Both the position numbers and the translations under genes were made by a program. A DNA stretch of 64,000 nt from an uncultured archaeon. Lineage in GTDB: Archaea > Asgardarchaeota > Thorarchaeia > Thorarchaeales > Thorarchaeaceae. The notes under the pieces are model-generated. The model ran no database searches. It was given only the letters and a program-made list of their open reading frames with translations, and was not told the DNA's origin. Position 1 is the first letter of the stretch; each line of letters opens with the position of its first letter. The stretch lies in the NCBI GenBank assembly GCA_964610875.1, contig CAZSWP010000009.1, positions 1 to 64,000 on the forward strand. Reading direction: 5' to 3'. Below, piece after piece: positions 19,390 to 29,082 of the stretch.

Positions 19390-19496
19390 TGGTGGACCGA
19401 GCGTGATTTGAACACGCGACCTCTTCCATGCCAAGGAAGCGATCTAGTTCCCTGCAACTTCTTAGTGAAGTCACAACCGAGCTGATCTATCGGCCC
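19390..19496 (-). tRNA. tRNA-Ala(GGC) with D-loop intron, CCA encoded
   Basis: GGGCCGA/TCGGTCC acceptor stem with G3:U70; CTTCC-TT-GGC-AT-GGAAG; ~28-nt hairpin insertion in the D-loop. Confidence 0.9.
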
Positions 19497-19666
19497 ATTG
19501 CGTGGGTTCGAGTGCACAATCGAACGGTTAAAAGAATTGTGGAGTGCAACTACTTGGAAGTACAAATTACTTTCCAAAGACAAAGAGAAGAGAATATGCC
19601 ATTTTTGCCTTCAAACAAGTACTCTAGTATTGTGCAACTTTGAATATTCTCAACTGCAATCCGGAA

Positions 19667-21052
19667 CTATGCACCACGCTCTTTTTGGTGTCTTGGGTCT
19701 GTTGCTTCAATTATGACCGATACCGAGTCTTGATTGAATCCTTTGAAACCTTGCCCTCTCTGTATAATTTCAAGATGATTCCCAATTGCTCCATTCTCTA
19801 CGAAATTATCGAACTGCTCCTTTGAGATGAGCTCTTGTTTGAGCGCTCTTTTGGCTCTATCGAGCCGTACTTTTCTTCTTTCTACTTCGGTGAACGCCTG
19901 TTTCAGGAATTCAAAGTCTGAGAATGGTCTAAGTGTATCCACGCATCGATTCTTCAATTCGGGTCGCACTCGTTCGAAATTCACTCTTACTGCAAGGTGA
20001 TGGAGTCCAGCTTCAAGAATACTCTCTCCGTGCAGTGTAGTCCAGAGCCCAACTGTTCCCAGTTTATCAGATGTATCAAGTTTCTTATGAGCAAAGTCCA
20101 TCTCCTGTTCTTCATCTGTGATATCAATGTCTGCGAACACAATAAAATCACAGATTGGTTGCTCAAGCACTTGTGCCCCCCACCCCGCTTTCTTTCCAGC
20201 AAAGAATCTCTCTCGTGAATGAAAGCCAAGTGTTTCTAAAATTTCAATTAGTACATGGAACACATCACGTGAGGAGCGATATGTGTGGTGGTCATGATTA
20301 CCCCAACCAAGTCCTAATCGGTCTTGTCTTAGTTTTTGGGTTGCTCCAGCTAGACAATGATTTTGCCAATAGATACGCTCCGCATGGAAAAATGCATCAG
20401 TTACTCTTTCCTTAGAGAGGTCTTTCAAATGGGATTTTACTAGAGAAAAGGTGTCTTTCATCCCTTCTTCTGTGGAATTATTGATTCGCGGGCGTACTAA
20501 GAAATTTTCAAGGGCTGATTGGTAATAATCGATATCGCTAGATGAATCTTTAGCAACAAATCCATTGTATCCTCGTCTTTCAACTGCTTTCAAAACATAA
20601 TCATCATGAGAGGAAATAGGACTCATTCTGTAAGGCGAGAACATTTCCCCCTGAATATCACCTTGTCCTTCTACCATCTGAATGAAATTGGTGAGATTTT
20701 CCACCTTGAGGGCGACTTCTCTACTGGAATCGTCAGTCATTATGATAGGAAACAGGGTCGTACCATTGGCAATGTAGACATCCTGAGACTCTTCTGTTTC
20801 CCTACCATCGCTCGGTACGTACCCACTGTTTTCTAGTTCATTTCTGACGTCCTCGGTGTCTGGAATTACGATATGGTCAATCCAGTCAAAGAATCTGGTA
20901 GAGGTTAATTCCATCATCTTTTGTGCTAAGCAGCTTCCAAAAGGATGTTTACTCATAAACCTATTAATCTCCCTTTCAAGAACACGCTCAGCTTGTGGAT
21001 AAAGTGTCCAATTATAAGAATCAGAAGTAGATACTTTAGTTGGAGAAGAAAT
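19667..21052 (-). CDS. uncharacterised VOC/glyoxalase-like putative metalloenzyme
   Basis: WIDH, WGNHDHHTYRSS, HGESILEAGLHHLA and HLE motifs. The frame stays open upstream of ATG 20956 to ATT 21052, which follows GAGGAGG. Confidence 0.65.
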   Translation of the reverse strand: MSSPTKVSTSDSYNWTLYPQAERVLEREINRFMSKHPFGSCLAQKMMELTSTRFFDWIDHIVIPDTEDVRNELENSGYVPSDGRETEESQDVYIANGTTLFPIIMTDDSSREVALKVENLTNFIQMVEGQGDIQGEMFSPYRMSPISSHDDYVLKAVERRGYNGFVAKDSSSDIDYYQSALENFLVRPRINNSTEEGMKDTFSLVKSHLKDLSKERVTDAFFHAERIYWQNHCLAGATQKLRQDRLGLGWGNHDHHTYRSSRDVFHVLIEILETLGFHSRERFFAGKKAGWGAQVLEQPICDFIVFADIDITDEEQEMDFAHKKLDTSDKLGTVGLWTTLHGESILEAGLHHLAVRVNFERVRPELKNRCVDTLRPFSDFEFLKQAFTEVERRKVRLDRAKRALKQELISKEQFDNFVENGAIGNHLEIIQRGQGFKGFNQDSVSVIIEATDPRHQKERGA

Positions 21053-21210
21053 CTTCTTTGCCTCCTCATCCCCTACATTATACTGATAATGTTTTGTTGT
21101 TTTCGTTAGGTCACTTTCTTAATCACAAAATAATCATCTTGGAAAAGAAAAACGCCTCAGAAGTTTTAATGAACTGTCTTCTTCTGATGCATAAAAGGAA
21201 GTGGAATTAG

Positions 21211-21317
21211 ACCGTTCATTGTAAATTGTACAAACTTGGACACCAGAGTGATGTACCTCCATAAACGGTAATGGATCGTACTCTGTGAGGTTATTCTATG
21301 TGTCTGGTCAACCTCAC
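21211..21317 (-). ncRNA. structured ncRNA, copy 3 (most diverged)
   Basis: The reverse complement has GTGAGGTT/AACCTCAC, AGAGT/ACTCT, TCCAT/ATGGA, GTACA/TGTAC, GGTGTCC and ends TACAATGAACGGT. TTTGTATA box at 21339-21346. Confidence 0.7.
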
Positions 21318-21381
21318 AATACTATGATTATCTTTTGCTATACAAAGACCTACAGATGTACATTCTTTATTCAATCATTCA

Positions 21382-21540
21382 CTAAAGAAATGTCCAACTT
21401 TGACCAGATCTCTTGTAACTGTTGGCAACCCCTGACCAACCAATACGCAAAGTATCTTCTATCAATGGAGTATTTCTGGAGTTCCTTCGAGTCTTTCCAT
21501 TCTTGCGTTTACGTCCGCTAGAATTATTGTGTCTGCCCAT
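21382..21540 (-). CDS. small basic hypothetical peptide (52 aa)
   Basis: GGTGA SD, then MGRHNNSSGRKRKNGKTRRNSR. Below the ORF-track cutoff. Confidence 0.3.
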   Translation of the reverse strand: MGRHNNSSGRKRKNGKTRRNSRNTPLIEDTLRIGWSGVANSYKRSGQSWTFL

Positions 21541-21884
21541 CCTTTCACCTTCTTTCCCACAGGTCGAATGTATATTTTGCTCCTTTCACGTGAGCAGCAA
21601 TTCTTGTAAGAGGAAGTATGGGCTGACCCCTCAACCAAACTGTAAAGTCATGGTTGGATTTCATTTCATTACGAAGTAATGTATCAATCATGTAACGGCA
21701 TTCGCCTTGCCATAAAAATTGGTGATTACAGAAAATAAAACTTGTTCTACATAATTTAGTTCATTCTAATGTAATCAAAGGGCAAACTGAAAAGGCGTTG
21801 TTCAAAATGAAATTTTATTCGGATGGAATATATTCTCTTTTTCAGAATATATATTGTTCACAAAGTTGAGATGCTCTCAGAAAT

Positions 21885-22073
21885 TCAGCCTCGGACACGT
21901 GTCCCATGGACGTTCTTATGTGCCCATTTGTACTGCCGTAACTTGCTTGAACTCCCAAAACCACAGGCCGCACATCTCTTATGTCTTACATGATATGATC
22001 TACGTCCGCAGCGTCTGCATCTAATGTGGTGTGGATTGTTTTTCTTACCTTTTGCTGGAGTACCCTTACCCAT
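21885..22073 (-). CDS. rpl37e: 50S ribosomal protein L37e
   Basis: [26 protein letters not shown]. Confidence 0.97.
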   Translation of the reverse strand: MGKGTPAKGKKNNPHHIRCRRCGRRSYHVRHKRCAACGFGSSSKLRQYKWAHKNVHGTRVRG

Positions 22074-22079
22074 TTTCTA

Positions 22080-22355
22080 CTACTCCTTCTTACGTACGGT
22101 CTTTGGAGGCGGACTTACAATTACAACATTGTCGCCTCGTACAATGACGGTGTGGATGACTTCCACGTATTCCTCATCGGTTTCAGGATCTGTGGTAATC
22201 TCATCAGCATCCTCAAGGATGAGATTCAGATGCTGGTCATATCCTCGCAGTTTGCCCTTTATTTTCCTTCGTCCCTTTAGCTCCACAAGAACCTGTGAGC
22301 CAATTGACTTTGATAATAGTTCCATAGGCTTCCCTGCGTTCAATAATATCACCAT
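22080..22355 (-). CDS. Sm-like (Lsm) protein SmAP
   Basis: VLVELKG..GKLRGYDQHLNLIL..IVRGDNV; next to rpl37e as usual. Confidence 0.95.
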   Translation of the reverse strand: MVILLNAGKPMELLSKSIGSQVLVELKGRRKIKGKLRGYDQHLNLILEDADEITTDPETDEEYVEVIHTVIVRGDNVVIVSPPPKTVRKKE

Positions 22356-22493
22356 ATAGAAACTCGTCAGAGTGATATGCTCTTGACGGTTGCGCTAGTC
22401 TTCTACCTCATCTTTTAAACATGACGATGTATTCTATCAATTCCGACCATTAATCCGGAGCTTTCAAAAGGCTGGTAACCACTCTATGAATCG

Positions 22494-23000
22494 ATGCCAA
22501 AGATAGAACGAATCAAAAAACGTCATTTCTTGAAGAAACGAGACCAACGAGCCGAGCTTGAACGTATTGAAAAGATTCTCAAGTCTTCCATATCAAAACT
22601 GGATGAAGTTCAGCTGGAAGCAGGAGAACTTGATGATGGAACGAATATTCTTCTTGCTGATGGAGATATTCTTTTCTTTGAAACGGACGGGCAGCTCTTT
22701 CCAAGTCTTCATGCATTACTTAAAGAAATCATTCGCATTCCTACAGTCACCGTAGATATGGGTGCTGTACGTTTCGTAGTAAATGGAGCGGATATCATGC
22801 GGCCTGGGATTACCAAGGTGGATGATGGAATATCTAAAGGTTCTGTAGTAGCTATTGTTGATGAAACACACGGAAAACCCTTAGCTGTAGGGATATCCAA
22901 AATGAGTTCAGAAGAACTGAAAGAAGCATCAAAAGGCAAGGTCATACAATCGGTTCATCATGTGAATGATGATCTATGGAATTTTAGCAAGACCCAATGA
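22494..23000 (+). CDS. PUA-domain RNA-binding protein (Tma20/MCT-1-like)
   Basis: VTVDMGAVRFVVNGADIMRPGI..PLAVG..HHVNDDLW. Confidence 0.92.
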   Translation: MPKIERIKKRHFLKKRDQRAELERIEKILKSSISKLDEVQLEAGELDDGTNILLADGDILFFETDGQLFPSLHALLKEIIRIPTVTVDMGAVRFVVNGADIMRPGITKVDDGISKGSVVAIVDETHGKPLAVGISKMSSEELKEASKGKVIQSVHHVNDDLWNFSKTQ

Positions 23001-23002
23001 TA

Positions 23003-25696
23003 TCAATCGTCTTCTTCCATTCTTGAACGGACTTCGGCAAGTGCGGATTTGTAAACCTCAAGAGCAAACTCCGTTTCCAATCCACTATTTTCTGCAAAAC
23101 GGTCTCTTGCAAGACCTTTCTTCTTTGCACCAATATCTTTTCTTACTACTTCGGAGATTGTAGTGTATCCATTATCAAAAAGAACACGGGCATCTTTTCT
23201 GAGCAAGGGTTGTATATGGTTATCATCATACTGGACATCAAGCTCTAAGAGGTCCGAAGTTGCCAAGTCTGATTTTACACCATAAAGGAGCTGTCTTGAA
23301 AAGATATGTAATCGTTCAGCTGCATTTTTCTGTTTCATCAAATGAAAGTACGAGCTGAGATTCTCTGCGACATTACTACATATCTCTATAAGTGACGCAA
23401 AATCACCTTCATCTATCTCATTTCCACCAACTGGTTTTCCCTCACTACTCATCTCACCAATGAGCTCGTATGCTGCTCCCATAACCTCCTTCAATGGTTT
23501 CTCCTCTAACCAGTCTGTTAGCACCTGTGTTTTGATACGCGTCCTATAATTCACGAAATTGAGGTACCATTCGTCTGGTGGTTCTAGACCTGTAGCTTTG
23601 ATTTCAATCTCTAATGCTATGGAAGTCCTCGGTCTTACAGCTTGTGGTAGTTCAAATTGTAGTATCAAGTACATCAACGACTTGTCCGCTTCATTATCCG
23701 TTATATTCTCTAAATCCTCTTTTACATCAAGATACCTCAGTATATCAAGACCTGATTCTGCAGCATATTTAGTACTCATGGCTAATTTCATACTGCTCTT
23801 GTTACCTGCAAAGGCACTGTTATTCAGCATCCATTCGAAAATGGCTCCAAACATATTCGCAACATTCTCAAGGTATTCTGGGTCATTCATTGAACGGAAG
23901 GTCTTCTCCACAGTGCCCATAACTGCATCTATCATTGTATCATAAGAGAAATCCCTCTTCTTTGCAACCTCTCTAACCATTAGACTCGTTAGTAGGGATG
24001 GGAAAACAGTTCCGGGATCAAGTGGTTTCAAAGGTCTGTACAACAAAGTTTCGACAATTCGGTCAATCTCTTGTTTCTCTTTGGGTGGGAAATAGAAAAG
24101 TACATACACACTTCCACCACTCTCAGACAGATGATACTCACCAATCCTTCCCGCAATTTGTAGATATCGTGAACGTGCTATCAAGTATCTCATTGAACGA
24201 TCCAGATTCAAAAATACTGCATCAAATGGAAAACTAGTTCCTGATGTTATCCCTGTTGTTGAAGCTACAGTTCTTATTTCTCCAGTTTTTATTTTCTCCT
24301 CAAGACGGCCTCTAATGTCAGGTGGAACTCCTGCATGATGAAATGCAACTCCTTTCTCTAGGACGTTTCTTAGTCGCTCCACAACTGGAATATTAGTGTC
24401 CAGACCTATCACATAGTCTATGACCTCATCATCAATCTTTCTAGGTCTTGATTTTGATAGTTTTTCTGCAACATACTCTGACATTGACCTATATCCTACA
24501 ACAACAAGAACTGATTTTTCATCATAGTTACCCATGTGATTTAAGCCTGATTCAAGCATATCTTCAGATTCGATCTCTGTATATAACGCCCCATCACTAC
24601 TCTCTATTGTAATCACGTTCTCATCACGAGTCACTATATACTCGTCAGGTGAAAGAATGACACTGGGTCTGAATACTTGCGCATTCAACCAGTCTGCCAC
24701 CATTTCTGTTCCACCAAAACGTGATGATAAAGTGATGATCTGTGAACTCTCTTGCAGAAGTGTAATCAAGACATCAAGTTTTGTACTCCTATCAGTACCA
24801 AGATTGCCAACTGACAACTTTGATGACCATGAACTCAGATGAGTCAATTCATCTACTACAACAAGATCAAATTCCTCCGTCCAGTCTTTTCTACCCAATG
24901 CTGCAATCAATGCAGACTCGTAAATGGCCACAACAAAATTCGCATCTTCTAGTTCCTCCTCAGTAGCTCTACATGAACCATCCAATCTAATCATAGAATA
25001 TCCTAATTCCTCGAAAAGCTCTCCATATTCATGAACCACTTGTCTATTGATGGAGATGTACGGGCTAAGGTACAGACAACGACCTCCATTCTGAAGCCTG
25101 AGTAAAACTGCTATCATTGCTAGGAAAGTCTTACCAGAACCTGGTGGCATCTGAATTATCAAATTTCCATCAATATCACCAATCTCCTCTAGGAATCTCT
25201 TCTGAGCTGGTAATAGCCTGATGAAGTTCTTATGTTTCAGTAATATTTTTGCAGCACGTGCAACTTCGGTATCTTCTATTATGGGTCCTAGCATTCCTTG
25301 AATCGCATTTAGTGCTAATCTTCCATCATGCGTGATCATGAAAGTACGTTGTTTTTTCCCCCTTTCACCGCTTGCTATCACAAAACCTGCTTCTACCAGT
25401 TTGTTCATGCTTTCGTAGAGGGTTCCACCGGATGTGTAACGTTGCTTCTCCTCCTCATACTCTGCTTCACTCTGAGTTCTCTCGCTCTTAGTTCCACTAC
25501 TCTGTTTCTTGTAACCCTTTATCTCTAATATACCCTCTACAATCTCTTCCCAGCCTAGATGTGGTATTATCTCTCCAGCTTTTGGACTCAGGACTTGAAG
25601 GATTTCTATGGAGTATCTATTACCCAATGATTTCAAATGGCTTCTTACATCATCCATGTAATCGCCTTGGTTCTTCTCCCGAGTCAAAGTTATCAC
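23003..25696 (-). CDS. Ski2/Hel308-like SF2 helicase with N-terminal winged HTH
   Basis: PPGSGKT, VVDELTH, GVAFHHAG and QIAGRIG. N-terminal SGGTLYESMNKLVEAGFV..FMITHDGR. Confidence 0.85.
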   Translation of the reverse strand: MITLTREKNQGDYMDDVRSHLKSLGNRYSIEILQVLSPKAGEIIPHLGWEEIVEGILEIKGYKKQSSGTKSERTQSEAEYEEEKQRYTSGGTLYESMNKLVEAGFVIASGERGKKQRTFMITHDGRLALNAIQGMLGPIIEDTEVARAAKILLKHKNFIRLLPAQKRFLEEIGDIDGNLIIQMPPGSGKTFLAMIAVLLRLQNGGRCLYLSPYISINRQVVHEYGELFEELGYSMIRLDGSCRATEEELEDANFVVAIYESALIAALGRKDWTEEFDLVVVDELTHLSSWSSKLSVGNLGTDRSTKLDVLITLLQESSQIITLSSRFGGTEMVADWLNAQVFRPSVILSPDEYIVTRDENVITIESSDGALYTEIESEDMLESGLNHMGNYDEKSVLVVVGYRSMSEYVAEKLSKSRPRKIDDEVIDYVIGLDTNIPVVERLRNVLEKGVAFHHAGVPPDIRGRLEEKIKTGEIRTVASTTGITSGTSFPFDAVFLNLDRSMRYLIARSRYLQIAGRIGEYHLSESGGSVYVLFYFPPKEKQEIDRIVETLLYRPLKPLDPGTVFPSLLTSLMVREVAKKRDFSYDTMIDAVMGTVEKTFRSMNDPEYLENVANMFGAIFEWMLNNSAFAGNKSSMKLAMSTKYAAESGLDILRYLDVKEDLENITDNEADKSLMYLILQFELPQAVRPRTSIALEIEIKATGLEPPDEWYLNFVNYRTRIKTQVLTDWLEEKPLKEVMGAAYELIGEMSSEGKPVGGNEIDEGDFASLIEICSNVAENLSSYFHLMKQKNAAERLHIFSRQLLYGVKSDLATSDLLELDVQYDDNHIQPLLRKDARVLFDNGYTTISEVVRKDIGAKKKGLARDRFAENSGLETEFALEVYKSALAEVRSRMEEDD

Positions 25697-25803
25697 TCAC
25701 TACAACCGAGATGCGGTTCCGTAAATCTGTTTCGTGAAGTGGATAATACTCGCTCTTTTCTTCATATTTCTATTCAATGATGTTGAGAAATAGGTGACAA
25801 GTA

Positions 25804-26193
25804 ATGCGATTCTTATTTGGACGAAAGCGCAATCATAATGATGAAGAATCAGAGGACTCCCATTCCGGTCTAGGTGTCTTTTCACCAGCAATCGAAGATA
25901 CACAACCAGATCCTCTTCATGAATGCAAACGCCTTGGCGAGCTTGATCGCGTCTTCATTAGGTCTAAACGCTTGGATTCACTAGATGATGTACCGTTTAT
26001 TGTGAGCCAGATTAAGGATGGTAATATCGTACTACTTGATATATCTCACCTTAACGATGGACGTGATCAGACTCATCTAGAACTGAAACGCATTGTGGAG
26101 AGAATTCGTGGTGAAACACGTAGCTATCGTGCAGACATAGCATTGGTAAATGATAATTGTATAATAGTAGCTCCATCGTTTGTTAGCTTCTAG
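25804..26193 (+). CDS. sepF: cell division protein SepF
   Basis: LDSLDDV..IKDGNIVLLDI..LKRIVE..DIA..IIVAP. Confidence 0.85.
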   Translation: MRFLFGRKRNHNDEESEDSHSGLGVFSPAIEDTQPDPLHECKRLGELDRVFIRSKRLDSLDDVPFIVSQIKDGNIVLLDISHLNDGRDQTHLELKRIVERIRGETRSYRADIALVNDNCIIVAPSFVSF

Positions 26194-26243
26194 ACTAAAT
26201 TGTGTCCTAGAATGAATCAGGTATGGTTTCCCGTTTGGTATAT

Positions 26244-28157
26244 CTACCTAAGTTTGATTGATTCAGTGACTTGTAGGGCTTTCGTTTCAATATTCAGAGC
26301 TTTATGGATTGTTGATGCAAGATTTAGACACTTACTCGACTCACCATGACAAGTTAGTACACGTTCTGGTGTTGGACTTACCCTCTTAACGAAATTCAAG
26401 ATCTGTTTACGGTCTGAGTGTCCTGAGAAGCCTTCCACGGTTTCTACTTGTAGGTTTATTGGGACAACATTCATGTTACCATCACGATTTCTCATCTGGA
26501 CTTCTTTCCATCCCTTCTGAATACGCCTGCCAAGTGTTCCTTCACCTTGGTATGAAACGAAGATAAGTGTGTTCTTTTCATCTGGTGCTAGTAGTCTGAA
26601 GTATTCAACACTGGGTCCACCTACTAGCATACCTGACGTTGCCATTATAATGCAGGGGTCACCTTCAACAATTTCTTCTCTCTGGTCAGGATTGTCTACT
26701 GGAGTGAAAATCTCATTCAAGAATGGATTAATTCCCTGATGAAAGATCATCTCTCTAATCTTCTTACTCAAGGCTTCAGGATGAGTTGTGTGTATTGCTG
26801 TTGCTTGAGCAATCATGCCTTCAATGTATACTGGAATCTTTGGAATACGATTCTTACTCACAAGATCTTCAATTACAAGCATAATCTCTTGAGCTCGACC
26901 TACTGCAAGTACTGGAATCAATACCTTACCACCACGCTCGACTGTCTTTCTAATTAATGATGCAAATTTCTTCTCCACCTCTTGTCTAGGTGGCATCTTA
27001 TCCGTTGGGTGTCCATATGTGGACTCCACAATGAGGGTTTCTAACCGTGGAAATGTGAAGGTGGCTGGTTCAAGGAGTCGCGTTCTTCCAAATTTGAAGT
27101 CGCCAGTATAAGCAAGATTATACTGCCCATCACCAATATGGAGGTGAATTATTGCTGAACCAAGAATATGTCCAGCATTATGAAGAGTAAGACGGACATC
27201 TGGTGAAATATCGGTGACCTCTCCATATTCTAGGGGTATTGTGTGAAGAATAGTATCTTTTACATCTCGATCACGGTATGGCCGTAGTTTCCCTTCGCGT
27301 TCTGCAACATCAAGATAGTCAAGTTGCAATAGTGTTGACAGGTTGAGAGTTGGTGCAGTCATATAGACTGGGCCACGATAGCCATACTTGAAGAGGAAGG
27401 GAACCATTCCACAATGGTCTAAATGTGCATGTGAGATAATGACCGCGTCCAGTTCTTCGATGTTGAACTCTGGCATATCCAATCGTGGAAATGCTCTGTT
27501 TGGCGTTCCCACATTCACACCACAATCTATCAAGATATTACTCTCTGGAGTCTGCAGAAACATACTCTGTCTCCCGACTTCCCTGAATCCTCCTAGTGCT
27601 GTCAATCGAATCCATGTGTTCTCCACAAGGGGTTGACGGTGAATTCTTCTCCCAATTTCACGAAATGTCTTATTGCGTCTTTGGGCTTCAGATTGAATGA
27701 TGTAACGAATCTGTTTGATTAGTTTACTCTCAATTGGTGGAGTTCTCTGTACACTTGGACGCCAGAATGTCTGGCGAGTGATCTCCCTGAGTGTAGAACC
27801 ACTTCTACCAATAACTAATCCTGGTTTCTGTGCTTCAATTATCACCTCTCCTCTGGAATCATCAAAATCTATCGAGGTGATTTCAGCATCTACTGGGACC
27901 AACTCCTTTACAGCTTTTTCAGCTTCTTCATGAGTCAGTCTAACTTCTGGAGCTGAACGTACGACGATCCTTTTGCGCATCTTTCTAGCGAGAGCTTTAA
28001 TCTTGTCTCCGTCATCTAATAGAATCTTCGGAGCTTTGGAGTAAATAGCAATCTCAGGTCCTTCATATTCAACTGAACTAATTGCAGCTGAACGAGGTAA
28101 GGCCTTCATCACTGACTCTCTGATATCAACGTATTCTTTAATATTGTCAGAAGCCAT
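26244..28157 (-). CDS. fttA: beta-CASP ribonuclease aCPSF1 (termination factor FttA)
   Basis: KH domains, LGGFREVGR, SHAHLDH, AGHILG and FSGHSD. Confidence 0.96.
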   Translation of the reverse strand: MASDNIKEYVDIRESVMKALPRSAAISSVEYEGPEIAIYSKAPKILLDDGDKIKALARKMRKRIVVRSAPEVRLTHEEAEKAVKELVPVDAEITSIDFDDSRGEVIIEAQKPGLVIGRSGSTLREITRQTFWRPSVQRTPPIESKLIKQIRYIIQSEAQRRNKTFREIGRRIHRQPLVENTWIRLTALGGFREVGRQSMFLQTPESNILIDCGVNVGTPNRAFPRLDMPEFNIEELDAVIISHAHLDHCGMVPFLFKYGYRGPVYMTAPTLNLSTLLQLDYLDVAEREGKLRPYRDRDVKDTILHTIPLEYGEVTDISPDVRLTLHNAGHILGSAIIHLHIGDGQYNLAYTGDFKFGRTRLLEPATFTFPRLETLIVESTYGHPTDKMPPRQEVEKKFASLIRKTVERGGKVLIPVLAVGRAQEIMLVIEDLVSKNRIPKIPVYIEGMIAQATAIHTTHPEALSKKIREMIFHQGINPFLNEIFTPVDNPDQREEIVEGDPCIIMATSGMLVGGPSVEYFRLLAPDEKNTLIFVSYQGEGTLGRRIQKGWKEVQMRNRDGNMNVVPINLQVETVEGFSGHSDRKQILNFVKRVSPTPERVLTCHGESSKCLNLASTIHKALNIETKALQVTESIKLR

Positions 28158-28278
28158 CTAATGTCACTTCTCTATTATGGGTTAATTACGTCCCTTATAG
28201 GCCAGATTATCTGGTCCCTTGAAACAATAAATGACTCATGACAGACTAGAGAATCCTAGTGTGTTTAAAATAGAATCA

Positions 28279-28914
28279 CTATTGTTTCCAAATTTTCATA
28301 ATTGTGTCTTTGGACACTTCCTCATAGCCATCCTTATCGATAACGCTACAGAGTATTGAATTGCCTGAAGCAGCATCACGTTCGATAGCTGCGGCAACCG
28401 CACGAATCGCAAGTTCCATGGCTTTCTTTTTAGGAAGGTCGTCCTTGTACTCAGCTTCAAGTACACCAAAAGCTACTGGTGAACCAGAACCTGATGACGT
28501 ATACTTGTCTGGTAGCACTGACCCAATAAAGTCGGTATAATAGACCTGTGGGCCGTCATCATCAAATCCTCCGACGATACATCCTAGCATATAGACGCCT
28601 CGAGCCTGGAACATTATATTGCTTAACAATCGAGTAAGCGCTTTCACACGAATGGTTCGGCCTCTTTGAATCTCAAACAGTTTAGCTTCAGCCTTTAGCA
28701 GATCCATGATATTCTGAGCATCTGCTACAGAACCTGCAATTGTAGCTCCAATCTGATCAGTGATTTTGTAGATCTTCTTTGCTGTTTTATTTGCAATGAG
28801 AAAACCCATTGTTGCTCTCTGATCACTTGCTAGCACTACGCAGTCTTTACCGATTAGACCAACAGTTGTTGTACCAGTCTTGAGCTCCGCCGGAGGCTGA
28901 GTTGAATATTCCAT
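28279..28914 (-). CDS. psmB: proteasome beta subunit
   Basis: KTG-TTTVG, GSVADAQ and GSGS. Confidence 0.97.
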   Translation of the reverse strand: MEYSTQPPAELKTGTTTVGLIGKDCVVLASDQRATMGFLIANKTAKKIYKITDQIGATIAGSVADAQNIMDLLKAEAKLFEIQRGRTIRVKALTRLLSNIMFQARGVYMLGCIVGGFDDDGPQVYYTDFIGSVLPDKYTSSGSGSPVAFGVLEAEYKDDLPKKKAMELAIRAVAAAIERDAASGNSILCSVIDKDGYEEVSKDTIMKIWKQ

Positions 28915-29082
28915 TTCGAGTAAACTCCTTGTTACAACGAGTAAAATCTCGGAGAACTAGTGACAGATAGCGATTTCCAAATAATGCATTAAAAGGTTTC
29001 TTATGGGACACTTTCTCGGAAATTTCTACTCTGATGACAATAGAAGGGCATCTCTGGAGAGATATGCCCTGCCAACTATAGA

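Noticed and set aside
19362-19716. Short ORFs over tRNA-Ala, and 40232..40495 over tRNA-Val/rpl40e
   Set aside because: They are explained by the RNA genes and rpl40e.
130-21800. Integrated provirus or island at the tRNA genes
   Set aside because: I saw no integrase, no duplicated tRNA 3' end (att) and no viral hallmark genes.
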